Assembly: GCA_027923505.1 (NCBI GenBank)
Contig: BROI01000032.1
Location: forward strand, 248,001-278,141
Direction: 5' to 3'
Source of the DNA: Mayamaea pseudoterrestris
Lineage: Eukaryota
DNA: 30,141 nucleotides
Shown: piece after piece, positions 1-9,790 of the stretch
Numbering within the stretch: the stretch's first letter is position 1
How the letters are laid out: each line of letters begins with the position of its first letter
Program-made: the position numbers and the translations under genes
The notes under the pieces: generated by a model
Database searches by the model: none
What the model saw: only the letters and a program-made list of their open reading frames with translations
What the model was told of the DNA's origin: nothing

Positions 1-1195
1 CTTGAGCTGCCTTTTGAGTTTTCTTTGACACTGCTGGCGGCAAACTTGAATCAGGGTCTTTTTCGTGGCTTGGAAATGTCTGTTGTTGCTGCTGCGTTTG
101 GTCAGACATAACGACCCTGCTAAATCCCAAGTCCGAGTCCTGTTTACTACTCGATTTGCTACTAGTAGTGGCCGCAATCTCACTGGGCTCCTGCATTTGT
201 GATATCGTGGTTGATTGTTGAGACGAATCTTGTTTTAAAGCAGCTACCAAGGCTGCGCTCTCGTCCGGCTGATTGTCCGCTGCCAACAACCTTGGTGCAT
301 CGAGCAAAGCAGTGGGTAACGAAACAGATGAAGCGCAAGATGAATCCAACGTTCGCTGCTCTTTTGCTGGGTTCTGTTGTCGCGGATTGTCGACTGATGA
401 CTCCATTTTCGAGTCTAGTGATGACGACAGCGATTCGTCTGCTTGCTGTTGCTCTGCCAGAGAACGCTTGAATATGGGTTCAATATACTGTGCCATCGAC
501 GTCTTCTCCGATACGACGTTATAAATACTCGACTGTTGCTGCCGTTGCAGAATTTCCTTTGACTGTTGTCGAATCCAACTCTTTTCCTTCTTTTGCAGTG
601 TAATCGCAAACTGCTTCTCCAGTGCCCGAAAGCAATGATTCACAGTCGCCGTATGCGGATCCGACTTGTTCAAAAATGCCTCAATCGCAGCAAGTAAATG
701 AGTTTGCAATGGTCTGGGTGATTCCAATGAAGGAGTAGTAGCATTTTGACTACTAGCTTGTTGCAGTTGTTGCTGTTGTCTTCGCGAGGCAACCTCGGTC
801 GTCTCGCCAACAGAATCATTGTTTGTCGTAGAATTATGAGATTCTTCAGCATTTTTAACAGAGGCAGCTTCATTCACTGTGAGTTGCTTGCTCGCCACTT
901 CTTTCTCGACAGCTTTGGATTTCTCCTTGCAGTTGTCGTCATTATCAAAAAAGGCTCGCTCCAGCTGCTTTAGTTCAAAATCAAACTTTGGAATGGGAAT
1001 GGACGTTTCCAGCGACTTGACAATGTCGTTGTACCTTGTTCGTTTGCGTTGTCGCTTCAATTCCGGTGAGAGAGTCATATTGGTCGCTGCAATTGCCGAC
1101 TGCAACGGTTTGACGCAGCGACCGTTCTGCCTCATGTTGGCCTTGGAAAGTTTCAAAGAAAAAGCAAATGTATCTGATTTCTCTGAATCTGTCAT
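1..1195 (-). CDS. Partial low-complexity, probably nuclear protein with a DEK-C-like domain; 3' end runs off the window start
   Basis: Absent from the ORF track because no stop lies in the window. ATG at 1195 opens a stop-free frame MTDSEKSDTFAFSLKLSK... to position 2. It contains a basic NLS-like KRQRKRTR and LQTHLLAAIEAFLNKSDPHTATVNHCFRALEKQFAITLQKKEKSWIRQQSKEIL, which resembles the DEK-C helical pattern. Confidence 0.7.
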   Translation of the reverse strand, partial: MTDSEKSDTFAFSLKLSKANMRQNGRCVKPLQSAIAATNMTLSPELKRQRKRTRYNDIVKSLETSIPIPKFDFELKQLERAFFDNDDNCKEKSKAVEKEVASKQLTVNEAASVKNAEESHNSTTNNDSVGETTEVASRRQQQQLQQASSQNATTPSLESPRPLQTHLLAAIEAFLNKSDPHTATVNHCFRALEKQFAITLQKKEKSWIRQQSKEILQRQQQSSIYNVVSEKTSMAQYIEPIFKRSLAEQQQADESLSSSLDSKMESSVDNPRQQNPAKEQRTLDSSCASSVSLPTALLDAPRLLAADNQPDESAALVAALKQDSSQQSTTISQMQEPSEIAATTSSKSSSKQDSDLGFSRVVMSDQTQQQQQTFPSHEKDPDSSLPPAVSKKTQKAAQ

Positions 1196-1381
1196 GATGG
1201 TTTTCCTGTATGGTCCTTGGGCAACGTAAATTCAATTGCAACGACGTGCAGTCGAGAAAAGTTAATGGCAAAACGGTTCCTTTCGTCATGGTCGGTTTTA
1301 ATTTCAGTCGCTCCGGTTCTCGATGCGACAGACCGCGCTAAAGATCGTCATCGCTCATTCTTTCGGCACCTGCTTGTCACC

Positions 1382-2751
1382 ATGATTCTCCCCACTACTG
1401 CGTTGCTAGTACTATGTTTGATATCATGTTGTGATGCTCTCTCTCCCTCAAGACTTGCGCAAAAGCGATTAGAATCGACGTTCTATCCATTCGAGCCTCA
1501 AAATGATGCAATGAGCAGCAGTGCCAACAGTCAACCACGAATCGCACACCATTCGTCGTTAAAGGCAGACGAAACAAGTCGACGAGACTTTTTTGCAGCA
1601 TCTTTTGCTGCCACTGCAACCTTCATGGCTTTTGGAGTGGATGAAGCATCTGCAAAAGACGTATCAATGGCAACGTCTCTTCCCACTACAGACAACGTGG
1701 TAATTGCAGCACCCATTGATTGGACCGGCATATTGGAAAAATCCAAAAAGAAGGCTCTCGGCGGCGGCAAGGCGGGCGCCAGTGCGGCTGTCGTGCAGGT
1801 CATGGCGCTCATGTGGCTGCGCACCAGCATGAACTATCAGTATCGCTACGGAGGAAGCCTTAAAGAGGCGCTTGACACGCTGTGGAAGCAAGGTGGCATA
1901 TCAAGGCTTTATCAAGGCTTGCGTACGTAATATGACATTGTTGTATTTCTTTGCTGATTGGCATTTTGATTTTTGAAACTACTTATTAACACTTCACTGT
2001 TTGATATACTACAGCTTTTGCTCTGGTACAAGGTCCTGCGACGAGGTACGATTCAAATTAAAGCAACAAGAGTGTCGCATCCGTTTTCAAAGAATGCTCT
2101 CTCAATATACTTCTCCCCCTTTACAGATTCGGCGACACGGCTGCCAACACTGGCATTCTAACTTTGCTGGATGCTCTTCCAGCGACACATGGTCTACCGC
2201 TGCCAATCAAGACGGCATGTGGAAGTGCCGCCGCTGGACTCTGGCGCATCATGCTCATGCCAATTGACTCGTCCAAGACTGCCATGCAGGTGGAAGGGGC
2301 ACAAGGCTTGACGCAACTATGGGCCAGTGTACTATCCACGGGACCGGGCCCATTGTATCGCGGAGCATTGGCGCAAGCCGCCGCGACTGCCGTCGGGCAC
2401 TTTCCGTGGTTCATCACTTACAATGCCTTGAACGAAAACGTTCCAACCTTTGAGAATGATTTGTTTTTGACACTTGTTCGATCCGCTGGACTGGGTTTGG
2501 TTTCATCCTGCGTCTCTGACTGTGTGTCCAACAGTCTTCGTGTCATTAAAACCACCAAGCAAACCGCGCAGCTTGGTACCAATGGCGCGACTGCCAAGGA
2601 ATTGTCGTATCCAGAGATTGTCGCTTCCATCATTGAGCAAGACGGAGTCAGTGGCTTGTTTTTGCGTGGTCTGAGCACGCGACTGCTCACCAATGCGATT
2701 CAAGGGGCAGCATTCAGTGTGCTGTGGCGTTACTTTCAGCAAGTGGGGTAA
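1382..2751 (+). CDS. Mitochondrial carrier (SLC25) family protein with long N-terminal targeting extension; exons 1382-1922, 2015-2045, 2127-2751 (398 aa)
   Basis: GT-AG introns 1923-2014 and 2046-2126 restore RLYQGLPFALVQGPATRFGDTAAN. Three carrier-type repeats with degenerate signatures (WLRTSMNYQ, PIDSSKTAMQ, SLRVIKTTKQ) and LYQG/LYRG/LFLRG segments. Confidence 0.85.
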
Positions 2752-3069
2752 GGTCTGTACGTAAGTCGAGTGACGTAAGCCGGCGGGCTTGATACTCGAG
2801 GTTGTAGCGCGTGACCTTCAAGTATTCTTAATCAAATAGTTTAAGTTCAACAGCAATTTGTAGCTATTTTAGTTAGATAAATGGCTCGGGGTGTAAAAGC
2901 AGACCTGTCAAGGATGCAGTTGGTTAAAATCATTGCTGGCTGCTCGTGAGAAGCAGGGCATAACGTCGCCGAGCGACTCAAAAAATTGTTGATTGTTCGT
3001 GTTAACCTCGCGTCGCTTGCGTACATATCCCTCGAAAACATAAAGAGTCGCTGTTCCATCATAAGTTGT

Positions 3070-4371
3070 TCAATGTTCGTGTCGTCCTCGCCGACGCTCG
3101 TGCACCCATTCCTCGTCGCCGAGTAATACTAGCAAACGCTCAGCAACCCGACCCACCATGTGCAAGTACCAATCAATGTACGACTGGAGCTTGTGCGTAT
3201 GATCATTTGCGTCACCATGGTTATGCATACTGATTCCTGTTGCCTGCTGCTGCGATGAGGAGAGCAGGTTCCGTCGGCGCATCGTTGTTTGGTCCAACAC
3301 CGTTGCACCATTATGATTGTCGCTAACGTTTTTATCAAATAATGCATTCATTGCTCCGATTCTTTTTGTTGACGGACTCGACCATAGCTGCTGCATGGCG
3401 CGCTTCGTTTGTTCGTCGTTGAGCTTGGCAGTCGTCATGGCTTGACGCAAAAGTCGTTCCTCCCTGCAAAGGGCTGCATTTAGCGACGCGATAGATGGAT
3501 TCATCTTGTTGCCGGTGCCGCTCATATCTGGCGACAATGTTGAGTTTAAGTTTGTGTCGTCTTGATGCTTATCGTCTAATTCGTCCGTCTGGTCAACATG
3601 AACATTGTTGAATGATGCCGTCATTTCACCGTCGTCCCCATTTGTTAATTTATCCTGCTCCAACCATTTCCTGGCCTGGCTCAAATCGTGCCGCGCAGTT
3701 GCATACTCTCCCGACAGTCTATGTGACTTGCTACGTCTATAGTACAGTTTGGATACTTGTAGGTGGTCCAAGTCGATCGAACCTGTATCTCTATTCGTCG
3801 TTGCCGCTCTCGTCTCGCTACTGATGTCAACGTGCTTGCCATCCAGCTTTAATCGACCCAACGCCATGCTACAAAACTGAATCGACTTGCGATACCAATT
3901 TAACGACAAAGCTGCCTGCGCCAAATTGTTCATAATCTTTAGAAACAGCGCATCATGTTCATAAGCAACTGGCAGCAGAGTCAAGTAAACATCCATGGCT
4001 TGCTCGTATTCTTGCTTCTCATACAATGAATTCCCGTAGGCTCGCTGCTTTTCGGCCCAATCAAGTTTTTGTTCAAGACTCATATTGGCAATATGGTTTG
4101 CCACTTGAGCCAGTTTACTTTCCATGTCAGCCGCCTTGCGTTCCTTTTCGGATGCGATGCGCGAACTTCCATCTGGTAGTCGAGTCTGCAGCTCAAAATG
4201 ACCAGCAGTTGGTGATGAAGATGTACATGCTATAACCTTTGTTTCCTCGCTTTTTCGTGAGGCAGGTTGACTCGTCATCTGTTGTTGCAGTGCTTCGTTG
4301 AGCGCCATTATGACGTCGGACGGCGTCGTGAAGGGGGACTCCTTGTCGCGACGCAAATGGGAAATATCCAT
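3070..4371 (-). CDS. TPR-repeat protein (Hsp70/Hsp90 co-chaperone-type TPR domain)
   Basis: Three TPR-like helical pairs: AEKQRAYGNSLYEKQEYEQAMDVY, NNLAQAALSLNWYRKSIQFCSMAL, KLYYRRSKSHRLSGEYATARHDLSQA, with carboxylate-clamp-like R/N/N/K/R residues. Single 433-aa ORF. Confidence 0.75.
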   Translation of the reverse strand: MDISHLRRDKESPFTTPSDVIMALNEALQQQMTSQPASRKSEETKVIACTSSSPTAGHFELQTRLPDGSSRIASEKERKAADMESKLAQVANHIANMSLEQKLDWAEKQRAYGNSLYEKQEYEQAMDVYLTLLPVAYEHDALFLKIMNNLAQAALSLNWYRKSIQFCSMALGRLKLDGKHVDISSETRAATTNRDTGSIDLDHLQVSKLYYRRSKSHRLSGEYATARHDLSQARKWLEQDKLTNGDDGEMTASFNNVHVDQTDELDDKHQDDTNLNSTLSPDMSGTGNKMNPSIASLNAALCREERLLRQAMTTAKLNDEQTKRAMQQLWSSPSTKRIGAMNALFDKNVSDNHNGATVLDQTTMRRRNLLSSSQQQATGISMHNHGDANDHTHKLQSYIDWYLHMVGRVAERLLVLLGDEEWVHERRRGRHEH

Positions 4372-4564
4372 TCTCTCAATCTATCCTCGTTAATGAGTTT
4401 AACCTTGTTATGTGGAAAAGTTGCTTGTCAATGATGCTTTTAGACAATAAGCGGCATTACTGCATCAAGCTTGGAACGAATTTGTTGTCGATGCGGTTTT
4501 GCGCTGCGACGGAATTTCTTTGTTGCGACCCGATATCAGTCGCGGTCCGACTCACAAAAGCATT

Positions 4565-4623
4565 CCGTTGCAAAAGGATACCATTGTAAGTAACGGTACG
4601 ACATGACTTTGCAGCGACCGTTG
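4565..4623. promoter_or_regulatory. Cluster of three Myb/MSA-like YAACGG sites upstream of CAP-G
   Basis: CCGTTG at 4565-4570, TAACGG at 4591-4596 and CCGTTG at 4618-4623, all within 90 bp of the ATG at 4652. Confidence 0.4.
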
Positions 4624-4651
4624 CTTGGATCTCTCCACAAAGTCGTCTACC

Positions 4652-7579
4652 ATGGCGCCGAAACAGAGCTTCACGGAGCCTCTCAAGGCAATCTTGCTGC
4701 CTCATTATGAAGCATATCAGCGTTCCGACGAGCCGGATGAAGTTTTGAGCCAAATCACCAAAGCCATTCAGCGTGAGCTTGATGAGTTCGCGCTAAGCGC
4801 CGGTTTACAGGGGATTACTCTTAATGGGGGTGCAGCGTCGACCAAGGACGAAAAGGCATTCGAAAAGGAGCTTGCAGCAACTCTAATCTTCTTTTTGGAT
4901 TGTGCGTTTGCTGCCGAAAGTTCCGCTGGAAGCATGGATGCGACGGAAAATGTCTTGGAGTTGACAGCTGCAGTTTCTGCAGTGATGTCCGTCGAAGTAG
5001 CCGGACTTATTCTGCTGCGAGCGATTGAAATTACAACAGTTCTTCTTGAACGGATTCGAAGCATGGGCTGCAAGCTTCTTGGAACTTTTACCAAATTTCT
5101 CATGCGCAATCCGGCTCGAAACCATGACCTCCTGGATCAAGCGTCGCAAGCGCTGCTTCCTCGATTTACCGACAAGAGCCAAACCGTTCGTCAGGCCGCC
5201 ATTGAGGCTGGCAACTACTTTTTCGCGAACGACACGACGGATCCTGATATTCTGCAGGCCTTGGTTTACTCGGTGCAGCATGATCCATCCGTTGCTAGCC
5301 GCGTGGCTGCTCTCCAAAGTCTGCCAATCAACCTTGAAACAGTCGACGTGTTGCTCAGCCGCGTCCGAGATGTCAAGGAAAAGGTTCGCGTGACGGCATT
5401 GAAAGTATTGGAAGAAAAAGACGCTTTTCCAATTTTAGAAGCAGAGCATTGTGCCGCCTTGGTCGAAGCTGGTATGACTGATCGGTGAGTTGATGAGCAG
5501 TGCTTGACAAGCTCATATATATATAATCTTTTCTCACTATCCCTTCTGTATCATAGCTGCGTCGCGACAAAGTCTGCCACTATCAACATGATACGTTTGG
5601 GCTGGATGAAGGCTGTCAATTACGATCCAATTACGCTTCTAGCCAAAATGAACGTCGCGGAGTATGACTCGCAGTGTGAAATGCTTCTGAAAGCCGTTGT
5701 CACAGCGACTGGCCAAGATTTAGAAAGTCTGAACGCTCTCGAGACTGAAGCTTATCGCAATGGCCTCAAAGGATCACTCATCACGATTACGAGCGCCGAA
5801 CAAGATCTCGCTGTCGAATCGCTCTTTTATGCGAGGGTCGTGTGCTGCCAGACGAAGGAGGCGACATCGTTCGTATTCGGAAACACGCAATCTGCAGCAA
5901 TGGAAGTCCTTCCAGACGTTACAATTGGTTGTGATATTTTAGAGTGGAATGTCAGCAAGCTCATGGAGGCAATCGGAGAGGAAGATCAAGAGAACGAAGA
6001 CGTTTACACAGCAATTTGCCAACAGCTATTACTTTTGCTCACTACTGTAGCTGACGTTGAGGAAGGCTCGCGCCGTCACCTCATTACTGTCATGAAACGA
6101 ATGCTCAGCTCGATAGTAACTCCAGACGAGCTTGTAGAAGACGTAATCAAGGTATTGCAGGCGATGGTCAATTGCGAAACTAGTTTCATCGATGAAGTGG
6201 TGGAAGTTGTCCACGAGATCAGCCGTCTGAACGACATTGTCGGAGAAGAGCTCCAAGAGAACCACATTTTACGCTCTATCTCCATTCTGACGATTGTCTG
6301 CGAGAAGTCCTCTCCTTGCGCGACATCATACGCTGCGATGAGCAAGTTTGCATGTCAGGTTTTGCCAATGTTATCGCATGATAGCGAGGTTGTGAAAGAA
6401 GCTGCCGTCAGCTGTCTTGGCAAGCTCGGTTTTTTCACCGACCGGGAAACCATTACGACTTCTTTCGAGCCATTATTGATGGGAATGGTTATCGATGAGG
6501 ATGAGTCGATCGTAGTCCAAGCGCAAGCACTACTTGCTCTGTCGGATTGGTCAATGCTAAATCAAGACGTAAAGCGCTTGATAACCGTCGACGATAGTGC
6601 AAGCTCGGTGTATGACGTGGTTACTTCATGGTTCAATTCGAGCGAGTCTTTTTCAATCTGCATTGCCGCTGAAATTGCCACCAAACTACTTTTTAATGGG
6701 ATTGTTTGCGAGAAACTTTGGCTTGCGCATTTGGTCCTTGTCTTTTTCGATCCACGTTTGCAAACTGCCGCTTTGGAGGAGGCCGATGGAGACGATGAGG
6801 AAGATGTAAAGCAGATTGGAAGTCCATTGCGTCTACAGCAGTTGCTGAGTGTGTTTTTCCCGGCCTTCTGTGTCCAGAGCGACAAGGCGCGTGATGATCT
6901 TCTACATTCAATTGAGTTTCTGATTAACATTGTTCATCAAAAGCAAACTAAAGCGAAAAAACCTCGAGGTTTCAGAGCGCTACCTGTTGACAAGATGGTG
7001 TCGTTCATCGAAGATTCTGTGCGCCGTGGTGATGATATTGCCGAAAATGCCGAAGAAGCAAACGCTCTGGAGAACGACCATGGCGCTGAGACTTTATTAA
7101 ACGATGCACCACAGGCCTCAATCGAGCTGTCAGTTGCGGTTCAGATAGCTGCTTTTCTTGAAAAGATGCATGCAGAGACTGGACTCACTTTCATGCGAAC
7201 TCTTTTTAAAATGTTGAACGGAATTGACCTGAGTAGCGGCATCAATGAGGAACCTACGTCAGTTGTTGCCACCCTGAAAGATCTGCTTGAACGGCTCACT
7301 GTCGCAGTTGACGATGATAGCTGCCTTCGGGGAATGGAGCCTATGTGCGTGGTTCTTGCGAATGTCACTGTCGAGTCTGAGGATGAGGCAATAGTTAGTG
7401 CAAAGGATGGCGATCGTGATGAGGATCTTGTCGAGTCACTGAATAGCTTGGTTATTGACGAAGATAACAATTCTCATACCGGCAAAGAAAACGCAAATCG
7501 CGCCCAGTCGTCTGCAAAGGATGTCGAAAATGTGTTTGAATCGCCAAATGCCCGTGCAGGTTTGAGTGTCCTTGAGTAA
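4652..7579 (+). CDS. NCAPG: Condensin complex subunit 3 (CAP-G/Cnd3/Ycg1); exons 4652-5484, 5557-7579 (951 aa)
   Basis: HEAT repeats RFTDKSQTVRQAAI and HDPSVASRVAALQSLPINLETVDVLLSRVRDVKEKVR; C-terminal Cnd3-type RLQQLLSVFFPAFC; acidic tail. A 72-nt GT-AG intron (5485-5556) joins the two ORFs in frame (GMTDR/C). Confidence 0.88.
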
Positions 7580-7846
7580 AGAAGCGGAAAACTGGATGGT
7601 CGTAGTCGCGTTTAGCTTTATGTTACAGATCTGTCTATTTTTATTGTAAATATTGTACCTCCCGTTTACATTTCGTTACGTCGCACAGCTCTACCAGTAG
7701 CCATTTATTTGTCAGCGCTGGAGTCTGCGAAAACAATTAATCCTGCAACTCACTCGCTACGTATGCCACGACCAGCCACATGGCGTGTGGCGCACGGATT
7801 AGGGAACGCTAGATGTATGGGTAAATGTTGGCAGCACACCATCGCT

Positions 7847-9599
7847 TCACCGTAGATGATTAACAGTCATTGCCAAAAGGATTGTTATCCCCCCAGAACA
7901 TGCGGTTCGTCGCCAACCAGCAGACGAAGTGACTCCAAAGGATGCAATTGGCTCTTCAAATGCTTCGTTTGGAGCAGCAGATTGTGGTGCATTCGTGTTC
8001 TCAATGGGTGTTTGTAATGTCGGAAAATTCGACACTATAGCGTACTCTGATGGTGATTGGATCTGCACCTGCCTTATGGTTGGTTGGACAGTGGGATTGG
8101 CTGTTTTCTCTTCTGACCTTGCCTCGGGCACTAACGTAGCTATAGGAACTTGTGAGACAGGCCCTACAGAGGGTGCAGCATACACTTTCAATGCAGCAGC
8201 AATGCTTGTGCAAGCAAGCGAATAGCTTTCCTGTTTTTCCCGTTGAGAGGTCACAGCATAATCGTTTAATGAAACGTAAACTTGTTTTAGAACCGCCGGG
8301 AGGTCGACAAAGAGCCTCCATGAGTCATGCTCGGTTAGCGAGCCGCCGTCATGTCGAGCTATAGCCTTGACAAATCTCGTATAAACACTTTTCGACTGCA
8401 GAACGTTTGCGTACATGTTGCGATTGATTTGGGCAAGGCACCATTCATCGGAACTGCTCGTACTATTTGGGGCAAGCGAGTTAATTTCAACCGTCACGAT
8501 CACCGAAGGGGCGACGCTCGGGATATCTGATGGACGAGAAGAAGGGCCATCTGATGGGGCAATGGTTGTTTTGACATTTGAAGGAGCAAAAGATGGTTTC
8601 CATGACGGTTCCACTGATGGGACATCGGAAGGAACTTCTGAAGGAATATCTGATGGGGCATCAGATAGCTCCTCCAAAAGCGCAGCTGAAGGTGCGATCA
8701 ATACACCTTCCCAACCCAATGACGGCATATTTGATGGTGCATTCGACGGAACACTGGACGGGAACTCTGGTATAGTAGAAGGAGGCATCGTGGTTTGGCT
8801 TGGAGCTGGACTAACTACCAAAACCTCATCAATCACGGCACCGGTCGGGCTGCTGCTTGATAAGGATGGAGTCGTCGAGGGTGACAAAGTAGCTGTTATC
8901 CCAGTTGGTGCCAGTGATGGTATTTGGCTGCCGTCTGTGACGGCAGTTGCAGGTGGTTGCGAGTCCAATCCTGCCGTAGCATCTTGTCCACCGTCGCCAG
9001 TCAGCATGGATTTTGGCCCGTCGGCACCAGCGCTCGTGTCCGGTGAGCCCGAGTACCATTTTCTGGTATGCAGATTGTCTTGAAATGAAGGAGAATATGA
9101 AGATGTTGGCGACCTAATGATGAAAGCATTTACAGTATGACGGTGAGAAATGTACGAGCGTTGCAGGTGCAGGCCCTTTCGAACGTACCATGTCACACCT
9201 GGAATCTGCGTATCAATACTGACAGGCGTCGGAAAACTGGCATACGATGGATGATTCGTGCTCGTCGGGACCCTGCGAGAGAATGGGGCATTGTTAAGTT
9301 AGTCAAATTTTTGTTTATTTGGCAAGGCTCAAATCTTTCGTCTTTCGTCGTTTGACTTGCTGCAAAACTCACCAAGTATCTACCGAGCTAGAGGCACTGC
9401 TAGGTAATGCCGACGATATCGTCGCTGGAGCAGATGGACTGGGAGCCATTGTATCGGTCGTCGGTTCCGCCGTGAGAATGGTCAAGCGTCGCGCCTCTGC
9501 ATGGCGAACATAATCGGTCGCCCCTATTGTCGTTGCTGACCATAGCGTCAAGAGGATCAAAGCACAATGCTGTTTCACTAAGTGTCTCATGTTTTTCAT
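7847..9599 (-). CDS. Secreted, probably GPI-anchored Pro/Ser/Thr-rich surface protein with PSxxPS repeats; exons 9599-9373, 9272-9189, 9113-7847
   Basis: Signal peptide (CALILLTLWSATTIG), tandem PSxx repeats (APSDIPSEVPSDVPSVEPSWKPSFAPS), one Cys-flanked globular segment and a C-terminal SSAG plus hydrophobic tail. Intron 9372-9273 has GTGAGT and a CTAAC branch point; intron 9188-9114 is in-frame and less certain. Confidence 0.72.
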
Positions 9600-9790
9600 G
9601 CGTTTCTTGCAGTAATGCTTTGTTCAATGCTGAATGCGCACCGCCGCCATCATTTCGTCATGGCAAGCGTTGATTCGTGCGACGGACGAAATTTCGTTTG
9701 GCGAGCTATGCGACACACACAGCGTCGGTCCGGTACTCAAATTCTCCATGAAGATCGACGCGTCCATCACGACCAAATCAAAAAGCCACC

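Noticed and set aside
8500..8770. 12-bp periodicity as a CRISPR array or satellite
   Set aside because: It is a degenerate coding tetrapeptide repeat with no conserved repeat and unique spacer structure.
8415..9083. 222-aa plus-strand ORF rich in DG/EG repeats
   Set aside because: It is the antisense shadow of the PSxx repeats in the minus-strand surface protein.
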